From positions 10,019 to 74,018 of the forward strand of contig JAPPCX010000067.1 in the NCBI GenBank assembly GCA_028875655.1: DNA of 64,000 bases. The letters are read 5' to 3'. Positions 1 to 8,076 of the stretch are shown here, piece after piece. The notes under the pieces are model-generated. The model saw nothing but the letters and a program-made list of their open reading frames with translations, was not told the DNA's origin and did not search any database. The position numbers were made by a program, and so were the translations under genes. Within the stretch, counting starts at the first letter, position 1. The number at the start of each line of letters is the position of its first letter. The stretch is from Chloroflexota bacterium (GTDB taxonomy: Bacteria; Chloroflexota; Dehalococcoidia; Lucifugimonadales; UBA3495).

Positions 1-738
1 GGCATCGGGCATTGCCACCGGGCCGGGGGTGAGTACAACCGGGTCGCCGGGCGGCGCGGAAACCCGCTCGTGGAACTTGCCGGCGAACTCGACGCCAACG
101 TTGCCCACGGGCCGGTACATGGGCTGGTAGGGAGCGGATTCGTCGCCAACCACCGGGCCGAAGGGGATGAACCCGATGTGGCGGTAAAGGCGCTGCTGGG
201 ATACATGGCCCGACATCACCACGTAATCGTAGCCGCCCTCCTGGCAGTAGCGGGCCATCATGGTGAGGAGGCCGGGGAGCACGCGGGCGCCGCGCAGATC
301 GGGCCGCACAGCCAGCAGGCGCACCTCGCAGAGTTTCGCGCCTTCGGCCTGGGGCAGATGGTCCTCCAGGCGGCCGAGTTTCTGGTCCAAAGAGAAGGGC
401 CGGCGGTCGCGGACGCAGATCATGCCCAGCAGTTCCGGCCCACGCCGGCAGATGAAGTAGGTGTTCTCGTCGTGGAACTGGTCCACCAGGATCCGGTCGT
501 CGTTGGCGGGATGCTGGGGGACTTCCTCAACGAAAGAAGCGTAGTTCAGTTGGGAAATCCCTTCAAATTCCCAGGGCTCGGTGGCCTGCTTGAACACCAA
601 GCCGGAGCCGTTGGCTTCGGCTTCGCCGCCAAGCCTCCCGTCGCCGCCAAGGTTCCCAACAGTCGGCGACGGGTCGCGAATCGCCGTATTGAGTGGCGGA
701 GTGCCGGGGGTTGATGTATGTAGCGTAATTTCCGTCAT
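1..738 (-). CDS. GNAT-type N-acyltransferase domain protein, partial (C-terminus runs off the window and continues into a class-V aminotransferase-like LTPGPV segment)
   Basis: Absent from the ORF track because it has no stop in the window. My reverse-complement translation from ATG(738) stays open to base 1: MTEITLHTSTPG...LVFKQATEPWEFEGISQLNYASFVEEVPQHP...CEVRLLAVRPDLRGARVLPGLLTMMARYCQEGGYDYVVMSGHVSQQRLYRHIGFIPFG...VVLTPGPVAMPDA. The 70..714 + ORF is its antisense shadow. An alternative TTG start lies near 600. Confidence 0.55.
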   Translation of the reverse strand, partial: MTEITLHTSTPGTPPLNTAIRDPSPTVGNLGGDGRLGGEAEANGSGLVFKQATEPWEFEGISQLNYASFVEEVPQHPANDDRILVDQFHDENTYFICRRGPELLGMICVRDRRPFSLDQKLGRLEDHLPQAEGAKLCEVRLLAVRPDLRGARVLPGLLTMMARYCQEGGYDYVVMSGHVSQQRLYRHIGFIPFGPVVGDESAPYQPMYRPVGNVGVEFAGKFHERVSAPPGDPVVLTPGPVAMPDA

Positions 739-941
739 CAGCGACTCGCCGGAAATCGGTGGCTGAGATTAGCCCGGAAACTCAAACTGCCGGCACCCGC
801 ACATTATACTAACCGCGCAAATCCGGCAATACATAACATGGCTGCGGGTTTGCCTCAAAAGTGGTAATGCGCGCAATGGCCGGGTTGCGATATAATGCCG
901 GCAAGACAGCCACACGCAATTGAATTCAGGGAGGTACTGTC

Positions 942-1433
942 ATGGCTTACACACCCAAGCAGTTGGGCCATCTGGTTATCAAGGTGCGGGACATCGAGCG
1001 CAGCGTTGATTTCTACACCAACGTGCTGGGCCTGACCGTGATGACGGGACGGCCGGGCGGGATGACGTTCCTGTCCGCCGACACCACCATGTCCCACGAG
1101 CTGGCCTTGATTCCGCTGGGCATGGACGCGCCGGGCCCGGAGGACCGACGGGTCGGCATGGCGCACATGGCCTGGCAGATGAACTCGTTCCGCGACCTCA
1201 AGGAGTTGTACCAGCGCTGCAAGGAGCACGGCGTCAAGTTCAAGAGGCTGGGCGACCACGGCATTTCCATGGGCGTGTACATCTACGACCCTGACGACAA
1301 CGAGATCGAGATCTACTACGAATCGCCCGAGTCGGAATGGGGCAACAAGGACGGGTTCCTGTTTGAGGGCAACTTCCCCTGGCAGCTCGACCCCATTGAG
1401 GAGCCGGAACCGGCGGCCGTCGGCGACGACTAA
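942..1433 (+). CDS. VOC (glyoxalase/bleomycin-resistance/extradiol dioxygenase) family protein
   Basis: LGHLVIKVRDIERSVDFYTNVLGL...HMAWQM...GISMGVYIYDPDDNEIEIYY is the typical paired beta-alpha-beta-beta-beta VOC pattern. AGGGAGG-like RBS (gggaggtactgtcATG). Confidence 0.85.
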   Translation: MAYTPKQLGHLVIKVRDIERSVDFYTNVLGLTVMTGRPGGMTFLSADTTMSHELALIPLGMDAPGPEDRRVGMAHMAWQMNSFRDLKELYQRCKEHGVKFKRLGDHGISMGVYIYDPDDNEIEIYYESPESEWGNKDGFLFEGNFPWQLDPIEEPEPAAVGDD

Positions 1434-1463
1434 ACCCGGTCCGCCACACCCGTTGACCATCGT

Positions 1464-1487
1464 AGGGGCGAATAATTATTCGCCCCT
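1464..1487. terminator. Perfect 24-nt palindrome downstream of the VOC gene (hairpin, possible bidirectional terminator or REP)
   Basis: aggggcgaataattattcgcccct is fully self-complementary. No T-run follows it, so terminator function is uncertain. Confidence 0.35.
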
Positions 1488-1500
1488 ATTGGGATGATGG

Positions 1501-1660
1501 TTCGACAGGCTCAGGATGAGCGGGTCGGTGGTTTGGTGTTTCGATTGGCTTTCTCCTTTGGTCTTTCCGGTTTGGGTTGATGGGCGAGAGGCAGGATTTT
1601 TCCGCCAGAGGCGGACCTTTCGGCGCATCGTTGTCAGCATACGGCCGGTTGGGTACGCAA
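1501..1660 (+). repeat. Composite dispersed repeat, copy 1 (shares three blocks with 51041..51125 in inverse orientation)
   Basis: Shared blocks are ttcgacaggctcaggatgagcg (1501-1522), ggcgagaggcaggatt (1582-1597) and cgcatcgttgtcagcatacggccggttgggtacgcaa (1624-1660). They reappear as reverse complements at 51041..51125. Confidence 0.7.
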
Positions 1661-2240
1661 GCATTTTGGACGGTCGTTCCGTGGGCGCAAGACGGTGCTG
1701 CGACTGGCTCGTGGTTCGACAAGCTCACCATGAGCGGGTCATCACGTCCCCCACGCGGGCCCGAACGGTCCCGGTGATCAGAGTGGCCACCGCCGGTGAT
1801 GCAATAAGCGGACGTGTTGCCACCTGAATCGTTTGCGATTTTGAACTGACGGGTTTGGCCGTCGATGCGAAGAAACTGCCTCTCTATGGATGGTGATGAA
1901 ACGCGCGTTTTGCCTAGACATGATTAGGATATACGTTCGGCTGGGTGGTGTCAAGGGAGAATTTGGGATGGATATGCAGGTGAATGCCCGTCCCATCAAA
2001 GTGTTTGTCGGCGAAAGAGTGGGCGGCCGATTGCGGTTCCAGCGCAGGGAATGTCTGGATGTCCGGTGGCGCGACCCGCAAAGGATAAGGCCGGAAGACT
2101 TGGCTTTCGGGGGCGACCGAAAGGCCCTGCGGCTTTGGGCGGACATTAAAAATGGAACCGCCCAACCGGAAAGGGATTACACGGCTGGAGGGCGACGTGG
2201 TCGCTCCAGCGCAGAAAAGTCACGCAAACGGCAGAGGGCT

Positions 2241-2487
2241 ACGGCGCTGGTGGTCAAAGACGGCCGGTATCTGCTGGTCCGAGACAAGGGGCACGACAAA
2301 TATTCCCTGCTTTGATTACACCAATGAGGGAAGCTTCAATGACCATAAGGTCGTGTTGGTGTTCGCCGGAGGCAAGCCCAGGATTAACGACCGCGAGTTG
2401 GAATCCTTCCGGTGGTGGGACGGCAGAGAACGATTACCGCCATATCCCCACGTTACCAGCATCGTCTCTCGGTATGAGGCGTCGTAA
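2241..2487 (+). pseudogene. NUDIX hydrolase remnant (internal deletion/frameshift removes the Nudix box)
   Basis: One frame reads TALVVKDGRYLLVRDKGHDKYSL then a stop. The next frame continues DYTNEGSFNDHKVVLVFAGGKPRINDRELESFRWWDG. These are N- and C-terminal Nudix-fold segments without the GX5EX7REUXEEXGU box between them. Confidence 0.5.
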
Positions 2488-2715
2488 CCGTGTTGTCCTG
2501 TGGCTTTCTGAGGGAATATGCGATGGTTTCGCTAGGGTGTGTTGACAAATTCATTGCCTCACGAATACGGCGTAAGGATACACCAGCCTGCCCTCCAATG
2601 CGATGTGAACGGGTAGCTGGGAATTGCCCGCCGCCGGGTCCGTCGCTACGAAGCAGCCTTTATTCACACGTCCCTTGATGTACTGCGCTGCGTTGCGCCC
2701 CCGGCTTGGTCCAAC

Positions 2716-3110
2716 TCAAACCTCGTACTGCCCCAGGCCCAGCTCGACTTGGACAGGGCTTAGCGCGTCCAGCGTGATTGCATAGCGCGACCCGGTAACG
2801 CATATCCCTTGGGGGATAGGTTCCCATGCGCGACGGTCAAGGGAGAACTCGACCGCTAGGCGGATTTGAGGGTCGGTGTGGGATGCGGTACAGGACATCA
2901 TCACCCGTAGCGCCCCTTCCTCCGAACGTGCTCCTCCGCAAAGGGCTGCACTTGGTTGATGGGGTGCAGCAGCGAGCCGCCATACCCTCAATAGGTTCTT
3001 CCCGTCTGGGCGATTTCCCGCCGTTTCCTCTCTACGATGGAGTCCATCGATTCGCCGGAGTGAGGGCCTGCCTTCATAAACACGAAGGCGTCGGGTATCT
3101 GGATAGTCAT
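2716..3110 (-). pseudogene. Disrupted conserved hypothetical gene (in-frame TGA plus a frameshift)
   Basis: The minus strand from ATG(3110) reads MTIQIPDAFVFMKAGPHSGESMDSIVERKRREIAQTGRTY-TGA-GYGGSLLHPINQVQPFAEEHVRRKGRYG. It then shifts frame into ...MMSCTASHTDPQIRLAVEFSLDRRAWEPIPQGICVTGSRYAITLDALSPVQVELGLGQYEV (track ORF 2716..2991). Confidence 0.45.
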
Positions 3111-3150
3111 GCTTCCCTCTGGTCGGGATTACAAAGTGGCGGACTACGCC

Positions 3151-3516
3151 TCACAACGACTGGTCAGTAGGCAGGAGGCCGGGCTTCGCGTAATTCTCTT
3201 CAACCGAACGTGCCAAGCGTTCATAGCCTGCGGAAATGTGGCGGAGCAACTCCACGAACGCAAGCCGTTGGTCTTGGCCGAGAGCACGGGGCTTCCCCTC
3301 CTTTTCCCATTCGTCGGTCATCCTCACGTACCGCTCAAGAGCGCGGGGAAGCATTGGCGCAGCTGTAATCAAATCAATATGCACCCAACGGTCGCCTTCG
3401 CCATCTATGGGAAGGATGATACCTCCTCCGCCGTAGTCAAGGGGCGATACCTTTACCTCCCACGTCTCCGCCCTTTCCGCACTTGTCTCCCACATCTTCG
3501 CCGTCCAAATGGACAT
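3151..3516 (-). CDS. Hypothetical protein
   Basis: 121-aa ORF with non-repetitive composition (MSIWTAKMWETSAERAETWEVKV...DEWEKEGKPRALGQDQRLAFVELLRHISAGYERLARSVEENY). It lies upstream of and on the same strand as the disrupted gene. No family recognised. Confidence 0.4.
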   Translation of the reverse strand: MSIWTAKMWETSAERAETWEVKVSPLDYGGGGIILPIDGEGDRWVHIDLITAAPMLPRALERYVRMTDEWEKEGKPRALGQDQRLAFVELLRHISAGYERLARSVEENYAKPGLLPTDQSL

Positions 3517-3627
3517 CGTTCATCCCCTCCGTTGCCAGGTCAATTCTTCACGGGGCGAGGATTTTACCACACCCCGGCCACCAACTGGATGCGTGGCAAT
3601 CGATCCAAAGGACATACCATAGTGACT

Positions 3628-3846
3628 ATGCAGGCCGGGTTGTGGGCAGCGACTACACCCCTCAATTTTGAGGATGCCTTGGTAGCGTTGGTGAACTCCG
3701 GTGGCGACACAGACACCAACGGCGCGTTGGCCGGAGCAGTCTTGGGCGCGCGCTACGGGGCGTCGGAGATACCGCCGCGTTGGACCAGCCACGTATCCCA
3801 GAGAGAGCGATTGGCAGATCTCGCAGAACGGCTCGCAAGCTTGTGA
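3628..3846 (+). pseudogene. ADP-ribosylglycohydrolase C-terminal fragment
   Basis: MQAGLWAATTPLNFEDALVALVNSGGDTDTNGALAGAVLGARYGASEIPPRW matches the C-terminal metal-binding GGDTDTN/A.AGA..GA.yG motif of the DraG/ARH family. The N-terminal two-thirds of the domain are missing. Confidence 0.65.
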
Positions 3847-4026
3847 TGTGATTCTGGACGCGCGGTGACATCCGGCTGTTGACGCCGCTGCCGTTCACTC
3901 GTTAACCTGAACTAAATCAATCAACAACTGCCGGTGGGACTGACCTGATGCCGGGTCGGTTCCGCCGGCTTTTTGCTGGCTATGGAGACCTGATTCGTCA
4001 TCGTACCGGTACGTGAGGAGGTTGCG

Positions 4027-4677
4027 ATGATGAATGAAGGCCGGTGGCCCGACCTGGCGGACGACCGGGCGGTGTTGTTGCGGGCGTTGTCCGCCTACGC
4101 CTGCGGAATGGGCGACGCGCCGATGGTGTGCAAGTGGGGGACGCTGGCGGAAGTTACCCAGGGCGACCACGAGGGTGGCCCCTACCACGAGGCTGGCAAA
4201 GCATCCGGGGAATTGTCGAGCGGGACGCTGACGTTCGTAGCGTCCACGGGGGCGGTGGACCGGCACGGCGATACGGTCGCGCCGGAAGGTTGGCGGCTGG
4301 ACGCCTACCGGGAGAACCCGGTGGTGCTGTGGGCCCACGACTACCGCCGGCCGGCCATCGGGCGAGCGCAGTCGGTGTGGCGGGACGGTGGCGCGCTGCT
4401 GGCATGCCTGGAGTTCGCGGACACCGATTTCGCCCGTGAGGTGGAGGGCCTGTATCGCCAGGGTTACCAGCAGGGCGTGTCCGTAGGGTTCCGCCCGCTG
4501 CGGTTTGAGGAACGGCGGGACGCCCGGAGCGGCGCGTTCCTGGGCATCCGGTTCCTGGAGCAGGAGTTGCTGGAGATCAGCGCGGTGCCCGTGCCGGCCA
4601 ACCGGGGCGCGCTGCTGGCGCACCGGGGTGGAGTAGCGGCGGAGGTGGTTGGGTTGCTGCGGGGGTTGCGGGCGTAG
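4027..4677 (+). CDS. HK97-family phage prohead (maturation) protease, S78/U35-like
   Basis: GTLTFVASTGAVDRHGDTVAPEGWRLDAYRENPVVLWAHDYRRPAIGRA...GVSVGFRPL...LLEISAVPVPAN. It sits immediately upstream of the HK97-type capsid gene. The start is uncertain because the N-terminal ~60 aa are atypical. Confidence 0.85.
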   Translation: MMNEGRWPDLADDRAVLLRALSAYACGMGDAPMVCKWGTLAEVTQGDHEGGPYHEAGKASGELSSGTLTFVASTGAVDRHGDTVAPEGWRLDAYRENPVVLWAHDYRRPAIGRAQSVWRDGGALLACLEFADTDFAREVEGLYRQGYQQGVSVGFRPLRFEERRDARSGAFLGIRFLEQELLEISAVPVPANRGALLAHRGGVAAEVVGLLRGLRA

Positions 4678-4760
4678 GGGCGGGTTTCAAAGGCGCCCTT
4701 ACGATGCCTGACGAGATCGCCGCCCGACGAGATCGCCGCGCTGCGCTCGCGAAGATTCCT

Positions 4761-4785
4761 GGATTCCCGCTTTCGCGGGAATGAC
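4761..4785. repeat. REP family 1 copy (ggattcccgctttcgcgggaatgac palindromic unit)
   Basis: The same 25-nt unit recurs at 18609..18633, 29748..29772 (rc, variant), 29798..29822 (variant), 55317..55341 (rc) and 63250..63274. Confidence 0.85.
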
Positions 4786-4807
4786 GGGGTGGGAGCGGGA
4801 ATGATGG

Positions 4808-4871
4808 GATGAAAAGCGGGTACGACGAAGTGGAAAGCGGGTACGACGAAGTGGAAAGCGGACACGACGAA
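4808..4871 (+). repeat. Tandem ~21-bp direct repeat x3 (plus degenerate copies to ~4915) directly upstream of the capsid gene
   Basis: gatgaaaagcgggtacgacgaa / gtggaaagcgggtacgacgaa / gtggaaagcggacacgacgaa, then a degenerate ttggaaaaccggaaagagagtta... Confidence 0.8.
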
Positions 4872-4911
4872 TTGGAAAACCGGAAAGAGAGTTAGAAAGT
4901 CGGAATGACGA

Positions 4912-6267
4912 TTGGAAAAGGAGAAATGCGAATTTATGACCCTTTCGACGTGGGAACTGGAAACCATTAAGAACGAAGTGGCGGAGGCGCGGGATTTCTA
5001 CCGCCAGCGGCTGGACGCGGACATTCCGCCGCTGCAGGAAGAGCTGGGCCGCCTCAGCCGCGCCGTCGGCGAGCTTACCGAAAAGCAGCGCGCCGGTGAA
5101 CGGCAGGCGATGCTGGCGCGGTATGGCAATCCCGGCGACCGGCCCCGCGTGCCCTATGGCAAGTACCAGGGCATGGACGCGCTGGACCTGGCCTGCGTGC
5201 GCAGCGTGCTGGCGTCCCAGCAGCGCGAGCCGGGCGACGGCAACCCTCGCCTACTGGCTGACTGGCAGGCGAACCTGAAGGCCGCCATGGACAGCACCAC
5301 CGCCGGCAGCGGCGACGAACTGGTCCCCACCGGCGAGGCCGCCGCACTATGGGCGGACGTCAACGTGGACACGCACGTCGCATCGCTGTTCACGCGGGTG
5401 GACATGCCCACCAACCCCTTTGAGATTCCGCTGCAACTGGGCGACGTGGCGTGGTATCCAGGGGTTGAGAACACCGCCACCACGGAAACGGCGCTGACCA
5501 CGGCGCGGCAGACGCTGACGGCATATGAGTTGGTAGCCGAAGTGCCGTGGTCGCTGACGCTGGACGAGGACGCGGTGATCGCCATGGCGGCAGAGGTGCG
5601 GAGCACGCTGGTGCGGAACGCCGTGGAGGTGATTGACGACGTGCTGCTCAACGCCGACACCACCGTGACCAACAACATCAACGCCGACGGCGTGACCATC
5701 AGCGCGTCCATGGCCGGCAAGGCCCACTGGCTGCTGGGGTTTGACGGGTTGTTGCACCTGCCGCTGGTGGACAATGACGGGCAGGCCAACAACCACGCGG
5801 CCGCGCCCAGCGCCGACATGTTCAACGAGGCGCGGGGCCTGCTGGGCAAGTACGGGGTGCGCCCGTCGGAGCTGGCCTACGTCGCCGACGTGGGCACCTA
5901 CATCAAGTCCCTGGCCATCGACGAGTTCCGTACGCTGGACAAGCTGGGGCCGCAGGCCACGCTGCTCAACGGCCAGCTGGCCCAGGTGGACGGCATCCCG
6001 GTCATCGTGTCCGAGCAGATGGCGAAATCGGACGCCGACGGCAAGGTAACGGACGGCGGCAGCACCAACGCCAAGGGCCGGCTGCTGGTGGTGAACCGGA
6101 CTCAATGGCGTCTCGGGTTCCGCCGGGAGCTGATGATCGAGACGACGCGGGACATCCAGAAGCGTCAGAACATCATGGTGGTGAGCATGAGGCTGGCCTT
6201 CATGGAAAGGACGGGGAAACGGGCGTCGGCGACGCACACGGCGTTGCAGTACAACATCACGGTGTAA
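4912..6267 (+). CDS. Phage major capsid protein, HK97 family
   Basis: Coiled-coil delta-like N-terminus, then ...ELVPTGEAAALWADVNVDTHVASLFTRVDMPTNPFEIPLQLGDVAWYPGVENTA...LTAYELVAEVPWSLTLDEDAVIAMAAEVRSTLVRNAVEVIDDVLLNAD. It follows the prohead protease. An alternative start is ATG 4927. Confidence 0.9.
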   Translation: MEKEKCEFMTLSTWELETIKNEVAEARDFYRQRLDADIPPLQEELGRLSRAVGELTEKQRAGERQAMLARYGNPGDRPRVPYGKYQGMDALDLACVRSVLASQQREPGDGNPRLLADWQANLKAAMDSTTAGSGDELVPTGEAAALWADVNVDTHVASLFTRVDMPTNPFEIPLQLGDVAWYPGVENTATTETALTTARQTLTAYELVAEVPWSLTLDEDAVIAMAAEVRSTLVRNAVEVIDDVLLNADTTVTNNINADGVTISASMAGKAHWLLGFDGLLHLPLVDNDGQANNHAAAPSADMFNEARGLLGKYGVRPSELAYVADVGTYIKSLAIDEFRTLDKLGPQATLLNGQLAQVDGIPVIVSEQMAKSDADGKVTDGGSTNAKGRLLVVNRTQWRLGFRRELMIETTRDIQKRQNIMVVSMRLAFMERTGKRASATHTALQYNITV

Positions 6268-6291
6268 TTGGGCGTCCGAACCCCAAACATT

Positions 6292-6384
6292 CCCTCTCCC
6301 TTGATGGGAGAGGGGCAGGGTGAGGGTGAAAACCTCTGCAAAATACCCCCTCACCCCAGCCCTCTCCCACCAGGGGAGAGGGAG
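6292..6384. repeat. REP family 3, inverted pair (ccctctcccttgatgggagagg...gggtgagggtga unit)
   Basis: ccctctcccttgatgggagaggggcagggtgagggtga is followed by the inverted ccctcaccccagccctctcccaccaggggagaggga. Related copies lie at 48259..48296 and 52765..52803. Confidence 0.8.
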
Positions 6385-6401
6385 GAAATGGAGGAATCTG
6401 A

Positions 6402-7247
6402 ATGGTGAATGCTTACGCGGACCTGGCGACGTTGAAATCGGCTTCGGTCTTGAACGCGCCCGATGACGCCCACGACGCTCGGCTGCTGACGCTGCTGGAG
6501 GCGGCGTCCCGCTGGATTGACGGCTACTGCGGCCGGCAGTTCGGCGCGATGCACGGCGAGCGTCGTTTTGACGGCACGGGCAAAGCGTCGCTGACGGTGC
6601 CCGACCTGGTAGCGGCCAGCGAAGTGCGCGTGCGGGAAGCGTCGGGCGAGTGGATCGGCTGGCCGGCGGCGGACTGGCTGCTGTATCCGCTGAACGCCGC
6701 GCCGACGGAACCGGGCGGCCGGCCTTATACGCGCATCATGCTGGCGTCGGGCGCGCATCGCCGGTTTCCGCTCAGCCGGGCCGGCGTGGTGGTGAGCGGA
6801 GTTTGGGGCTACGGCGACGTGCAGGAGGATACGGCTTTGCGGACGAGCGGAAACGCGGCGGTTGATGATGAAACGGTAACCGTGTCCATGCCCGGCGACG
6901 GCTTCGTTGCGCTGTCCGCCGGCCACACCATCCGCATCGACGACGAGCAGATGTACGTCTTTGGCGCAGCTGAGGATGGGCAGGGTGCATTGACGCTGGC
7001 GGTGCAGCGCAGAGTCAACGGGACGGAGCCATCGGCGCACGCCGCGGCGTCTGCAATCACTGTGTACCGGTACCCGAAAGGGGTATCGGAAGCGTGCCTG
7101 CTGCAGGCCGCCGTCTGGTGGCGCGAGAGGTTGGGTGGACCTTTCGTGCCGCCGGAGGGCGATGGGGGAGACGTTGGGGGCGTCTCCCCCACGGTTCGGA
7201 CGCTGCTGGCCCCGTACCGCCGCCGCCACGCCGTGCTGGGGGTGTGA
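6402..7247 (+). CDS. Phage head-tail connector (gp6-like/QLRG-type N-terminal domain) protein
   Basis: The N-terminus YADLATLKSASVLNAPDDAHDARLLTLLEAASRWIDGYCGRQF is typical of head-tail connector/DNA-packaging adaptor proteins. It sits right after the capsid gene. It is longer (281 aa) than the usual ~100 aa. Confidence 0.6.
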   Translation: MVNAYADLATLKSASVLNAPDDAHDARLLTLLEAASRWIDGYCGRQFGAMHGERRFDGTGKASLTVPDLVAASEVRVREASGEWIGWPAADWLLYPLNAAPTEPGGRPYTRIMLASGAHRRFPLSRAGVVVSGVWGYGDVQEDTALRTSGNAAVDDETVTVSMPGDGFVALSAGHTIRIDDEQMYVFGAAEDGQGALTLAVQRRVNGTEPSAHAAASAITVYRYPKGVSEACLLQAAVWWRERLGGPFVPPEGDGGDVGGVSPTVRTLLAPYRRRHAVLGV

Positions 7248-7249
7248 GC

Positions 7250-7678
7250 ATGACCGGATACGCCAGCGCCGGCTACAGCTACGTGGCGGTGGAGGACGCC
7301 GGCGGCGCGCTGCGGGACCTGTCGCCCTGGGTGGAGCGGGTCGGCCCGCTGGGGCGGGAGTTGGCGGCTCACGACGTTACCGGCGTGAACGACACGGCGG
7401 CGCGAACTGCGGCAGGGTCGGAGGTGGCCCAGGCGTTCACGTTGTCGGGGCGCTGGGACGATACACCGGGCATCGGGCCGGACGCCGTGCTGTCGGGCGT
7501 GGTAGGTCGCGCCGTGCGGGTGGAATACGGGCCGGCGGGCAACGCGCCGGGGCAGCGCCGGGTGTCGGGGAGGTTCGCGTGCCTGTCCTACCGCATCAGC
7601 AGCAAGACCGGCGAGCCGGTGCGGTTCGAGGCGACGTTCCGGCAGGACGGGCCGGTGGAGTTGGGGGTGTGGCCGTGA
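7250..7678 (+). CDS. Putative phage tail tube-like protein
   Basis: ATG at 7250, 3 nt after the previous stop. MTGYASAGYSYVAVEDAGGALRDLSPWVERVG...GRFACLSYRISSKTGEPVRFEATFRQDGPVELG. The call rests on size, position and a beta-rich pattern only. Confidence 0.45.
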   Translation: MTGYASAGYSYVAVEDAGGALRDLSPWVERVGPLGRELAAHDVTGVNDTAARTAAGSEVAQAFTLSGRWDDTPGIGPDAVLSGVVGRAVRVEYGPAGNAPGQRRVSGRFACLSYRISSKTGEPVRFEATFRQDGPVELGVWP

Positions 7679-7682
7679 GGGA

Positions 7683-7991
7683 TCAGTTGTTTGCCGCGGC
7701 GACTTCCTCGGGGACGATGACCACCTGGCCGGCGTCGTTATGGTGGTGGCGCATCAACGAGCCGATTCGGTCCATCAGTCCGCTCACTCGGAGTTCAAGG
7801 GAGCCAACGCGTTCGGTGAGTCCATTGATTTGGTCTCCCAAGCTTACGAGCAATTTGTTCATGCCCTCAAGTTGGCCCTGCATTTTGCCGATGACGAACG
7901 ATAGCCGGATTACAGCCGTTACCAGCGTAGCCAGCAGCAGGCAGATGAACGCCAGAAAACCGTAGAGGACGTAAAGCTCGGCGGGTGTCAT
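7683..7991 (-). CDS. Small membrane-anchored coiled-coil protein (hypothetical)
   Basis: N-terminal TM helix (LYVLYGFLAFICLLLATLVTAVI), then heptad-like LEGMNKLLVSLGDQINGLTERVGSLELRVSGLMDRIGSL. It is AT-richer than its neighbours and is opposite in orientation to the phage module. Confidence 0.5.
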   Translation of the reverse strand: MTPAELYVLYGFLAFICLLLATLVTAVIRLSFVIGKMQGQLEGMNKLLVSLGDQINGLTERVGSLELRVSGLMDRIGSLMRHHHNDAGQVVIVPEEVAAANN

Positions 7992-8076
7992 TCAAGGATG
8001 CCTCGGTCTGATTTGCAGCACAATTATGGCAGAGCAAACCGGCGGTTGCAAACGTTTAACCGGATAAAGGATTGAT

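Noticed and set aside
70-714. 214-aa plus-strand ORF at the window start
   Set aside because: The opposite strand gives a coherent GNAT-domain translation that is open to the window edge. The plus-strand product is low in complexity.
2985-3000. In-frame TGA in the 2716..3110 gene as recoding or selenocysteine
   Set aside because: The TGA sits where a Trp (..FWGYGG..-like) is expected, not a Cys. It is accompanied by a frameshift further on, and no downstream hairpin is seen. A plain pseudogene is more likely.
4808-4915. Possible CRISPR array
   Set aside because: The repeats abut each other with no spacers, there are only about three good units, and no cas genes are present.
4464-4967. 167-aa minus-strand ORF containing FHFVVPAFHFVVPAFH
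   Set aside because: It is a translation of the tandem 21-bp repeat and a REP unit. It also overlaps the protease 3' end and the capsid 5' end.
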